From Planctomycetota bacterium (GTDB lineage: Bacteria > Planctomycetota > UBA8108 > UBA1146), in assembly GCA_036338595.1 (NCBI GenBank), contig JAYZBV010000003.1, forward strand, positions 1-34,633: 34,633 nucleotides of DNA. The letters are read 5' to 3'. Under the pieces are notes generated by a model, which was given only the letters and a program-made list of their open reading frames with translations, was not told where the DNA came from and made no database searches. Below are positions 25,895-34,261 of the stretch, in pieces. A program made the position numbers and the translations under genes. Position 1 is the stretch's first letter, and every line of letters begins with the position of its first letter.

Positions 25895-27409
25895 ATGAAC
25901 AGCAGCGGCTCCCGGCAATCAGCACGACGAGGGGTCAAGTTCGGATCGATATTGCTGGGCCCGGTGTTCGGTCTGTTGGCCTACTGGGGGGCACCCGCAG
26001 AGATCGAAGAGGCCGCCCGTGGGACCCTGCTTGTCACGGTCTGGACCGTGACCTGGTGGGTGACCGAGGCGATTCCCATTCCCGCCGCTTCGTTGCTGCC
26101 TGCGGTGCTGCTACCGCTGCTCGGAGTTTGCAAGGCTTCCGTGGCTGCAAAGTACTACTCCCACCACCTGATCCTGCTGTTACTGGGAGGCTTCTTGCTG
26201 GCGAGGGCAGTCGAGTGCTCAGGGCTGCACCGTAGAATCGCGCTGGCGACCTTGACCACCGTTGGTTCTTCTCCTCGAAGATTGGCATTCGGATTTCTCA
26301 TCACATCTGCGATGCTTTCGATGTGGATCTCCAACACTGCAACAACCTTGATGTTGATGCCGATCGCCATCTCGGTGGCGATCCGAACCGAGAAGAGCGG
26401 GCAAGTTTCGGGAGGCGTCTTCACCACGTGCTTGCTGCTTTGCACCGCCTATGGTGCAAATGTTGGGGGAATTGGCACTCTCATTGGTACTCCACCAAAC
26501 CTCATCTTCACGAAAAATGCAGAGGAACTGAACCCACCGGTGCTCATCGATTTCCTGCACTGGCTTCCGTTCGGAATGCCACTGGTGCTGATCTTCATTC
26601 CCATCATCGGGTTCTTGATGACCCGCTTTCTGCTTCCACTTCCCGCCGGGTCTTCCAGGGATGGGATGGATTCGCTACTGGAAGAGCGCAAGTCTCTGGG
26701 AAAGATGTCGTCGGCAGAGGCGCGTGTTCTGGGTGTATTCATCTGCACAGCACTCCTGTGGATCACCAGAGGAGGCACAGGATTACCCGGTTGGGGCGCG
26801 CTTCTGGCCGGTTGGCTCGGCATCCCGGCCGAGTCTGCACACCTCTATCTCAATGATTCCATCGTGGCTGTCGCTGCGGCCATCACTCTGTTTGTGATTC
26901 CATCGCGACGAGGGGGCCCGGCGCTGCTCGACTGGGACCAGGCGAAAGAGGTCCCCTGGGGTATGCTGCTGCTGTTCGGTGGCGGCTTCGCCATCGGAGG
27001 GGCTTTTCAGGATAGCGAACTCTCCAGTTATTTCGGCGGACTGATGGCCCGATGGGTAGATCTGCCTTTTGCGGGCATCGTACTCTCCATCTCCCTGGCA
27101 ACCACCTTCCTCACCGAGGTCACATCAAACACGGCTTCGATGCATGTGCTGATGCCGATCCTGAGAGAAGCAGCACAGCAGGGCGGGATCGCCCCCATCC
27201 ACATGATGTTGCCGGCAGTACTCTCGGTTTCCTGCGCCTTCATGCTGCCTGTAGCGACGGCACCGAATGCCATCGTATTTGCCACCGGAAGGGTCAGCAT
27301 GCGCTCGATGATTCGCTGTGGATTCGTGCTCAATCTGGTAGGAGTGCTTGTCGTCCTGGTAGTGACACTCTTGACACATGCTCTCGACTGGATGCCAGGT
27401 GCTGGATGA
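25895..27409 (+). CDS. DASS/SLC13-family Na+:dicarboxylate/sulfate symporter
   Basis: WWVTEAIP, LSMWISNTAT, GTLIGTPPN, WGMLLLFGGG, TEVTSNTA, AFMLPVATAPNA; many TM helices. Confidence 0.95.
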   Translation: MNSSGSRQSARRGVKFGSILLGPVFGLLAYWGAPAEIEEAARGTLLVTVWTVTWWVTEAIPIPAASLLPAVLLPLLGVCKASVAAKYYSHHLILLLLGGFLLARAVECSGLHRRIALATLTTVGSSPRRLAFGFLITSAMLSMWISNTATTLMLMPIAISVAIRTEKSGQVSGGVFTTCLLLCTAYGANVGGIGTLIGTPPNLIFTKNAEELNPPVLIDFLHWLPFGMPLVLIFIPIIGFLMTRFLLPLPAGSSRDGMDSLLEERKSLGKMSSAEARVLGVFICTALLWITRGGTGLPGWGALLAGWLGIPAESAHLYLNDSIVAVAAAITLFVIPSRRGGPALLDWDQAKEVPWGMLLLFGGGFAIGGAFQDSELSSYFGGLMARWVDLPFAGIVLSISLATTFLTEVTSNTASMHVLMPILREAAQQGGIAPIHMMLPAVLSVSCAFMLPVATAPNAIVFATGRVSMRSMIRCGFVLNLVGVLVVLVVTLLTHALDWMPGAG

Positions 27410-27415
27410 TGGCCA

Positions 27416-28063
27416 CTAGACCTGGCCACGGCTCTTGAGCTCGTCATAGGATCGGATCAACTGCTGCAATCTGCGGCTGGCAGCCTCGATCTGCTCGGGG
27501 TTGGCATCGTGAAGCTTGTCGGGGTGGGTTGTTTTCACCAGCTCCCGAAAGCGGTTGCGAATCTGCTCTGAAGTGGCCTCTGCTGGCAATCCCAGGATCC
27601 GATATGGATGCGGGAGTGGTGTCGCTCCAGGCGAATCTTCGGTGTCTCGGCGTCGCCCTTTACCGGGATCCACTGACTTCCTTGTTCTCACCTGGCGTGG
27701 ATCGAGAGTTCTCAGGAGGCGACGCCACCACGAACTGGTGTAGCGCCGATCTCCCATCGCCTCGAAGACAGCCTCACGTTCGAGAGCATGGCGGTGAAGC
27801 CAGCGCTGAATTTCCAGGAAGTCTTCTGGCGCAAGAGGTTCGATCCAGCCAAAGAGCCAGTCGAGGATTCCGATCTCCTTGGCGGGAGAACAATATGAAG
27901 TGCCATCTGCGAGATTTTCTATGCGGTTCTCCTTACGACAGGAGGGACAGCTATAGATCCGATAAGGCCCACCTGATCGTTCCGATCTGCCACGCAGGAT
28001 TCCATCGCGGCGAATGTGATCTGCCGACAGGGATGCCCGACATGCCCAGCATCGGATCGTCAT
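27416..28063 (-). CDS. J-domain protein (class C) with N-terminal Zn ribbon
   Basis: CWAC...CPSC at the N-terminus. C-terminal J domain PYRILGL..ATSEQIRNRFRELVKTTHPDK. ATGA overlap with queA. Confidence 0.85.
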   Translation of the reverse strand: MTIRCWACRASLSADHIRRDGILRGRSERSGGPYRIYSCPSCRKENRIENLADGTSYCSPAKEIGILDWLFGWIEPLAPEDFLEIQRWLHRHALEREAVFEAMGDRRYTSSWWRRLLRTLDPRQVRTRKSVDPGKGRRRDTEDSPGATPLPHPYRILGLPAEATSEQIRNRFRELVKTTHPDKLHDANPEQIEAASRRLQQLIRSYDELKSRGQV

Positions 28064-29151
28064 CGTCGGTTTTCTGGCAGGATCGCCATGCAGTCCCCGT
28101 AGGAGTAGAAACGGAATCCCGCCTCGATCGCACGATGGTAGATGCTCAGCGTCTCGCTTCGACCCAGGAAGGAGCAGACCAGCACCAGGAGAGATGATCT
28201 GGGGAGATGGAAATTCGTGATCAGTCCGTCGACATGGTCGAAGGGATGTCCTGGAAGGATGGTCAGGTCGGTTTCTGACTCGATGTCGGGACCTGCTTCG
28301 AAGGGGCCTATACTTTCCAGTACTCGCAGGGACGTGGTCCCGACCGCAATGATCTTGCGCCCATCATCCCTGGCATTGACGAGAGCGCTCCTGGTTTCTG
28401 AACTGACCGAGAACCACTCCGGGTCGACTCTGTGATCCTGTATCACATCTGCCTCGATCGGCCGGAAGGTGCCAGGACCAACATGCAGCGTCACCCGCAC
28501 GATCTGAACACCTTTCGATTGCAGTTTATCGATCACGGTTTCGTCGAAGTGGAGTCCGGCAGTGGGAGCCGCCACCGCGCCTCCGTGGTGGGCGAAGATG
28601 GTTTGATAGCGTTCGCGGTCGAGACCATCCTGGCGAAGTTCTTCCTCTGTCCTGTGGATGTAGGGTGGTAGCGGGACCTCGCCGATCTGCTCCAGTACTT
28701 CTTCCGGGCCCAGGTCGACCACCCAACCCGAACCTCTCCTCTCGATCACGGTCAACGGAGGGCCGCTGGTCTCGAGGCACTCTCCAGCCTTGATTCTCCG
28801 AGAAGGCGAGAGCCAGGCTTGCCATCGACCCGCTCCCAGCGGTCGCAGCATGAATGCCTCGACCGCCCCTCCGCTGCTCCTCCTGCAGCGGATTCGTGCA
28901 GGGAGTACGCGCGTGTCATTGACCACCAGAAGTTCATCTCCCTGCAGTCGATCGGCGATGGAGTGAAATGGTGCCTCGGTGGCGTCACTGGAGGCCTGAG
29001 TGCAGAAATAGCAACGAGACGATGAACGAATTTCAGCGGGGTGCTGGGCTACCAGTCGCGCAGGCAGGTCAAAATCGTAATCGGAGATCAAGTCTCCCCC
29101 CGCACGCTCTCCGGGGAGGGAGTTTCCCTCAGTCCTCGTCATCCTCGTCAT
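28060..29151 (-). CDS. queA: S-adenosylmethionine:tRNA ribosyltransferase-isomerase
   Basis: DYDFDLP..LVAQHP, VVNDTRVLPAR, GEVPLPPYI, YQTIFA..GAVAAPTAGLHF, TLHVGPGTFRP, AVGTTSLR, TNFHLPRSSL, FYSYGD. Start ambiguous (ATG 29151 or 29142, or TTG 29091). Confidence 0.96.
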   Translation of the reverse strand: MTRMTRTEGNSLPGERAGGDLISDYDFDLPARLVAQHPAEIRSSSRCYFCTQASSDATEAPFHSIADRLQGDELLVVNDTRVLPARIRCRRSSGGAVEAFMLRPLGAGRWQAWLSPSRRIKAGECLETSGPPLTVIERRGSGWVVDLGPEEVLEQIGEVPLPPYIHRTEEELRQDGLDRERYQTIFAHHGGAVAAPTAGLHFDETVIDKLQSKGVQIVRVTLHVGPGTFRPIEADVIQDHRVDPEWFSVSSETRSALVNARDDGRKIIAVGTTSLRVLESIGPFEAGPDIESETDLTILPGHPFDHVDGLITNFHLPRSSLLVLVCSFLGRSETLSIYHRAIEAGFRFYSYGDCMAILPENRR

Positions 29152-29968
29152 CGAAGTCCTCTTCCGCAGGTCCGCGGGCGCGTCGAAGAGGCCTTCGGCT
29201 GCGAGAAGATACCAGTTCCTTCTCCTCCTCCTCCTCTTCCCCTTCATCCTCTTCAGCCGGCTGGAAATGCGTGCCCGAGAGCAGGACCCTCTCATCGAGG
29301 AAGTGCATCTGGTCAGCGGCATGGAACAACTCGGAAGAGGTGGTTTCCCTGAACGAAGCGACCTCGACCCTCACACCGTCGATGGCGAGGCGTTCTACCA
29401 GAGGTACGAAATCTCCATCTCCTGTGACCAGGATGGCAACATCAATCTTCGAGGCGAGGGACACAGCATCGAGTGTGATACCGATGTTCCAGTCACCGCG
29501 ATTGGTGGAATCATTTCGTTCCCCGACGATTCGCTTTCTGACCTCGTAGCCATTCCGGCGCAGGACTTCGATGAACTTGTCCTGTTCCATACCTGGACGT
29601 TCGACGATGTAGGCCATGGCTCGTGCGAGTACACGGCCTCGGAGAAGGTGCTTCAATAATTTCGAGAATTCTAACTTTGATTGGAAGATGTTCCTCGCAG
29701 CGTAATACATATTCTGGACATCTACGAAGATACCGACTCGTTGATGCGGGGACAACTCGTGGCCATCCACGGAAACAAGGAACCGTTCCTCCTTGTCGTT
29801 GCCGCCATCTTGTTGAAGGCGTTGAAACGCCTCGAGGCCGCGCTTCATCTCTTTCTGGTGAGTCTTGCGTTCATCTTCAATTTGGACCTTGAGCTGTTCC
29901 AGTTGATCCTGGAGGTCGCTCAATTCGTCGCCATTTCCTTCGCTGTCACCCGGAGATCGGAATTTCAT
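29129..29968 (-). CDS. NYN (LabA/DUF88) PIN-like domain protein with N-terminal coiled coil and acidic tail
   Basis: VGIFVDVQN, GDWNIGITLDA, LVTGDGDFVPL, GVRVEV, ELFHAAD. AAGGAGG SD before ATG 29968. Confidence 0.9.
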   Translation of the reverse strand: MKFRSPGDSEGNGDELSDLQDQLEQLKVQIEDERKTHQKEMKRGLEAFQRLQQDGGNDKEERFLVSVDGHELSPHQRVGIFVDVQNMYYAARNIFQSKLEFSKLLKHLLRGRVLARAMAYIVERPGMEQDKFIEVLRRNGYEVRKRIVGERNDSTNRGDWNIGITLDAVSLASKIDVAILVTGDGDFVPLVERLAIDGVRVEVASFRETTSSELFHAADQMHFLDERVLLSGTHFQPAEEDEGEEEEEEKELVSSRSRRPLRRARGPAEEDFDDEDDED

Positions 29969-30921
29969 AAGTCCTCCTTGTGGAAGTGTACGGGAATTCC
30001 ATCGAGGTAGCATCGTCTCATCTGATGCAATAACCGGAATCCCGAGACGGCGCGCCTCAGTTCCCTGGTGCCGAGCCGTGTAGAACTCACGACCGCCTCT
30101 GTCAATCCACCCGGATCGAGGAACAGTTGGAGGCCTTCGAGTTCTTTCTCAAGAGATGAATCCTCGGAGATGAGCGCTGGAACTCGGTCATTTTCGCGAT
30201 TCGCCCACGGTTCGTTTGGCGAAATCTGTCTCCAGAGGCCGCAAGTGCTCACCGAGAGGGGTTGAAACCAGGTGTCTGCGACACCGGGGCGGGATTCTGG
30301 TCTGAGGTGGCGAGGCAGTAACGAGATATCGACCCAGCTGGGGTCTTCGGTGCAAGGCCCCCGTTCACACACCGAGAGCGAGACTTCGCCCAGTTCTCGA
30401 AGCATCTCGGAGATCGCCCTGCGGCAGGGAACGGATTGCCTGAATTCGATTCGATCGAGCACCAACTGGCATAGTCGTCGAGAACTGTCGGGGGATGTGA
30501 AGTCATCATCTACGATCAACGCCAGCAGACCCAGCGCAGATTCAGCGGTCTGACCCCTGGGGCTTTCGCTGGCCAGGAACATGGTGATGGAGATCTTCAG
30601 CATCTCGCAGACCCAGTCGTGAAAACGCGATCGCTCCAGTTCGCCCGACAGGAACCGCAAGATCTGGACTCGAATCCGCTCCAGGTTCAGGGAAAGCAGT
30701 TTGATTTCTGATCGGGCCAGCGGGCGATCGCGAATGGTACTCCTGGCCAGCGCCAGCAGTTCGGAATCTTCGAGACCGGGGACATCCGAGGCGACTTCAC
30801 CTCGAACATGACTGGCGAGTTGCTCGAGGCGGATGAGGCGATCCCTGTCAGATGCACCTTCACCGAGGTCTCCCGGTGGAGATGGGTCATGAGGTGGAGG
30901 AATTTGTCGGCGTGAGGACAC
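29965..30921 (-). CDS. Hypothetical protein (~318 aa)
   Basis: Long ORF whose stop overlaps the NYN start (ATGA). GTG 30921 preceded by AAGGA. No recognised motifs. Confidence 0.7.
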   Translation of the reverse strand: MSSRRQIPPPHDPSPPGDLGEGASDRDRLIRLEQLASHVRGEVASDVPGLEDSELLALARSTIRDRPLARSEIKLLSLNLERIRVQILRFLSGELERSRFHDWVCEMLKISITMFLASESPRGQTAESALGLLALIVDDDFTSPDSSRRLCQLVLDRIEFRQSVPCRRAISEMLRELGEVSLSVCERGPCTEDPSWVDISLLPRHLRPESRPGVADTWFQPLSVSTCGLWRQISPNEPWANRENDRVPALISEDSSLEKELEGLQLFLDPGGLTEAVVSSTRLGTRELRRAVSGFRLLHQMRRCYLDGIPVHFHKEDL

Positions 30922-31072
30922 AGGGGATCCTTCCCGGCAGGGCACCGATTGCCTGCGGTGGGAGCGCACAGCATACAGAATTCCTGAAGTTTCTACCAAC
31001 AGACCGGGTCACTCCGATCTATCGGGGAATCCGGCTTGAACATTATCCAATACAGGTAAAACTGCTGTGGTG

Positions 31073-31089
31073 ATCGGACTATGTCCGAT
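31073..31089. promoter_or_regulatory. Palindromic candidate operator ATCGGAC-tat-GTCCGAT
   Basis: Perfect 7-bp-arm inverted repeat 40 nt upstream of the tandem-HTH gene. A related imperfect repeat, CTCCGAT-ct-ATCGGGG, lies at 31012-31027. Confidence 0.35.
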
Positions 31090-31129
31090 AATGAGTCGCA
31101 GAAAATCTTGACGAAATGGACGGCAATCC

Positions 31130-31714
31130 ATGTCACCCAGATCAAAGCCCCGCAGAGGGACCCGCACCTCTCGTGCCCAGATCCCGGTATCCCGCGTATC
31201 GCCACGCAGAGGAGCGAGACCCAAATATTCCGATAGTTTCCGCCACAAGGTGGTCAGCTATTCGATCAAGAACGGGATCGCTCGCGCTGCAGCCAGGTTC
31301 GAGGTTTCTACACCGAGCGTGACGAACTGGAGGAAACTTTACGGTGTGACGCGGAAGACGAAGGCCCGGGCAGAGGATGGACAGAAGATCACCCTGCCGA
31401 AACATCCAATTCCGAAGAAGGAGCGGAGAAGTACAGGTCGTAAATACTCGGCACAATTCCGCAGGGAAGTGGCAGAGTTCTCGATTCTCGAGGGCGTTGT
31501 GAGTACTGCACAGAGATTTGGCGTCAGCACGCCGAGTGTGACCAACTGGCGCAGAGAGTTCGGGATCACTCGATCGACCAGGGTGAAACAGGCCAAGAAT
31601 CATCTGCAAGGAAATGCTACCGGGAGTGGAATGACCCGACGGCAGGTCAAAGCGATCCGGAAGAAGTTGGCCCAGACTCTCCAGTTGATCGATCAGTGGA
31701 TCGAGAAGAACTAG
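31130..31714 (+). CDS. Basic DNA-binding protein with two tandem HTH domains (IS3 OrfA/HTH_Tnp_1/Brinker-like)
   Basis: Repeats KYSDSFRHKVV...AAARFEVSTPSVTNWRK and KYSAQFRREVA...TAQRFGVSTPSVTNWRR are 73 aa apart, 25/44 identical by manual alignment. Confidence 0.82.
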   Translation: MSPRSKPRRGTRTSRAQIPVSRVSPRRGARPKYSDSFRHKVVSYSIKNGIARAAARFEVSTPSVTNWRKLYGVTRKTKARAEDGQKITLPKHPIPKKERRSTGRKYSAQFRREVAEFSILEGVVSTAQRFGVSTPSVTNWRREFGITRSTRVKQAKNHLQGNATGSGMTRRQVKAIRKKLAQTLQLIDQWIEKN

Positions 31715-31824
31715 GTTCAAGATCCCATTCAAGGCGGTAGACTGTCTCTCTCAACCACTTCGGCGAAGTGATTTGATCTGGAGCGACTGGCGATGGCTGC
31801 CAGCAGTATCTGGAGGGAGAGTGG

Positions 31825-32811
31825 ATGCCGCGCGATGGCCATGGCCGAATCATCGATTACCTCCGTATCTCCGTGATGGACCGGTGTAACCTACGCTGTT
31901 CCTACTGCATGCCATTGGATGGTCTGCGCTTTTTACCCGAGGATGAACTGCTGACGGCGCAGGAGATCTCTCTCGTGGCCAGGGCTGCAGTGAGATGCGG
32001 TTTCCGCAAGTTTCGTATCACCGGTGGCGAACCCACGCTGAGGAAAGATCTGGTCGAGGTGGTCGCGGGAATCAGGGCAGCGTCACCGGATGCCGAAATC
32101 GGCATGACGACCAACGGGATCTTGCTTCCCAAGATGGCGATCGACTTGCGCCGAGCTGGTCTGAATCGGGTCAACATCCACATTGACACCCTTGACGAAC
32201 TTCGTATCCGACAGGTAATGCGTTTGGCGGATCTCAACAAGATCCTCACCGGGATCGAAGCAGCGGAGCAAGCGGGGCTGGTGCCGATCAAGATCAACTC
32301 CGTGGTCGTCCGTGGGGTAAATGATGAGGATGTTGTGGAACTCGCTCGTCAGACACTGACCAGGCCCTGGGGAGTTCGATTCATCGAACTGATGCCACTT
32401 GGAGATGGCGAAGAGGCTCAGACCGCTCGAGATGGAGTCGTTGCCAGTGCAGAGTTGATGATGCGCATCACTGCAACTCTCGGTGAACTGGAACCGGTCG
32501 CTGCCACCCATCCATCAGATGAGAGCCGCAATTTCCGGCTCCCGGATGCGGTGGGCACTGTTGGGTTCATCAGTCCGGTCAGCGACCCATTCTGTTCCTC
32601 GTGCAACCGAGTGCGACTCTCCGCCGAGGGAAGACTGCTGCTGTGCCTGCTCAGAGATGACGAGGCAGATCTTCGCTCGCTCATCCGAAGTGGTGCCGAT
32701 GTCGAGCAGGTGCAGGAAGCACTGGAGGCTGCCATCCTGCTCAAGCCGGTGGGGCACTCGCTCGCGGATGGGATTTCAGCCAGTCGACGGATGCACCAGA
32801 TCGGCGGCTGA
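31825..32811 (+). CDS. moaA: GTP 3',8-cyclase
   Basis: YLRISVMDRCNLRCSYCMP, RITGGEP, TTNG, RFIELMP, FCSSCNRVRL..GRLLLCL, C-terminal MHQIGG. Confidence 0.97.
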   Translation: MPRDGHGRIIDYLRISVMDRCNLRCSYCMPLDGLRFLPEDELLTAQEISLVARAAVRCGFRKFRITGGEPTLRKDLVEVVAGIRAASPDAEIGMTTNGILLPKMAIDLRRAGLNRVNIHIDTLDELRIRQVMRLADLNKILTGIEAAEQAGLVPIKINSVVVRGVNDEDVVELARQTLTRPWGVRFIELMPLGDGEEAQTARDGVVASAELMMRITATLGELEPVAATHPSDESRNFRLPDAVGTVGFISPVSDPFCSSCNRVRLSAEGRLLLCLLRDDEADLRSLIRSGADVEQVQEALEAAILLKPVGHSLADGISASRRMHQIGG

Positions 32812-32812
32812 T

Positions 32813-33322
32813 ATGCTTCGAATCTTGATACGTGGCGTGGTTCCCCTGGGCATTGCAGCGCTGGCGATCATGTGGCTCTTCTTCGGTGGTGTCTCCAGTC
32901 CCAGAGCAAGCCTCGTCCAGTCGATTCTGGATATGCGCGATGGATTCAATCATCAATCGGCAGGTGATGTGCTTCGTCACTGTTCAGATGACTTCAGTGA
33001 ATCGGTCTATTCTCTCGACTCCGCTTCCTTCCGAGGTGTTCTGGTGAGGATCTTTCTCGGTCAGAGAGATCGGTCAGACCGCTCATTCCTGTGGCAAGCG
33101 GGTGTCTCGGAAGATGCCATCGAGGTGGTCTTCGATGGGCTCGAAGCGGAGGCAACTCGAGCGACAGTGAGTGCCGCTGTGGAGTTCAGACGGCGTAAGA
33201 AACCAGGAAGCAGGCCTGTCTGGGTTCTCAGTATCGAAGCCGATGCCCAGCGAGATCCAGATGGCCGCTGGAGATTTCACACGGCTTCCTTCAAGACCCT
33301 GTCGGGTCGGCGACCCTTCTGA
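32813..33322 (+). CDS. Membrane-anchored hypothetical protein, possibly NTF2/SnoaL-like fold
   Basis: ATG 1 nt after the moaA stop; N-terminal TM helix. The pattern DGFNHQSAGDVLRHCSDDF...DGRWRF is reminiscent of NTF2-like proteins. Confidence 0.65.
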   Translation: MLRILIRGVVPLGIAALAIMWLFFGGVSSPRASLVQSILDMRDGFNHQSAGDVLRHCSDDFSESVYSLDSASFRGVLVRIFLGQRDRSDRSFLWQAGVSEDAIEVVFDGLEAEATRATVSAAVEFRRRKKPGSRPVWVLSIEADAQRDPDGRWRFHTASFKTLSGRRPF

Positions 33323-33325
33323 GTC

Positions 33326-34261
33326 TCAGCCCACATCTCTTCTGGCGAACAGGGCCACTCCAACGGCGAGGACTGCTGACATGACAAGAAATGCCCAGAT
33401 GCTCGCCCAGCCGACGGTGGCCAGGGAGATGTCGCCACCCCGGATCAATCCATCCGAGATCCACAAGCGCTGGAGATCTGGCACCCAGCGCGCCCATGGT
33501 GAGCCCCTCATCAAGGATCCCACGATCACGCCGCAGAAGAGTGTCGCCAGGGAGAGAGCGATGGTCGCAGGGGTCGGCAGTCGGGTCGAAGCAGCCAGGG
33601 CCACCGCAGCAAGGATCAGCACTCCCTCGTGAACCAGCAGCATCGCCCAGAGAATATCGGTGTCGAAGGGGATTGCAGGCCATTTCAGCGACCCATCCGG
33701 CGCCCAGGCCCAGGCGATGAGCGCCGCACTGACCAGCAGCAAGGCGCAGTTTCTCGACAGGGTCGCCGGAAAACTCTTGCCGCGTCGGTGAGCCCAGGCT
33801 GCCTGTAACAGGGAGATCACCACTGCAGCGAGACCGGTCAGCAGCACCGGCGCATGATCATCGATGGTATGGGAGTGGATGGTTCGATGTCGGATCGCCA
33901 GCATCAAGGTCGCCGTCCAGGACAGTTGTGCCATCGTCAGGGCGAGAGCGATGCCTGAGAATTTCCCCAGGAGCACCGTTGTCCTGGTCACAGGTTTGCT
34001 CAGCAGGACCATCACGGTGCGTCGCCGGATCTCATCTCCGAGACTCGACGCGGCCGTGAATGCACCGAGAAACATGCCACAGGCGAGCATCGTACTGAGT
34101 GAGATATCCACCAGCAGCAATTGCTCGTCTCCGAGTGCGAAGGCACTCAGGAGCGGTGATACAGCCACCAGTCCGATCCCCACGAGTAGCATGGCAGCGT
34201 GATAGGAGGGGCGGAGCCCTTCCCTGAACGCTGCTTTCGAAATTCTCCACCAGGCGGACAC
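33326..34261 (-). CDS. ABC-2-type transporter permease
   Basis: [37 protein letters not shown]-terminal ALFARRDV; multiple TM helices. Confidence 0.9.
   Translation of the reverse strand: MSAWWRISKAAFREGLRPSYHAAMLLVGIGLVAVSPLLSAFALGDEQLLLVDISLSTMLACGMFLGAFTAASSLGDEIRRRTVMVLLSKPVTRTTVLLGKFSGIALALTMAQLSWTATLMLAIRHRTIHSHTIDDHAPVLLTGLAAVVISLLQAAWAHRRGKSFPATLSRNCALLLVSAALIAWAWAPDGSLKWPAIPFDTDILWAMLLVHEGVLILAAVALAASTRLPTPATIALSLATLFCGVIVGSLMRGSPWARWVPDLQRLWISDGLIRGGDISLATVGWASIWAFLVMSAVLAVGVALFARRDVG

Noticed and set aside
29152..29322. Poly-Arg N-terminal extension of QueA and the purine-rich GAG/GAA simple repeat
   Set aside because: This is an alternative-frame reading of the NYN protein's poly-Glu tail. 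QueA homology begins near 29091.
31000..31824. Intact IS3-family insertion sequence
   Set aside because: No OrfB/DDE domain, terminal inverted repeats or target duplication seen; the flanks are ordinary genes.
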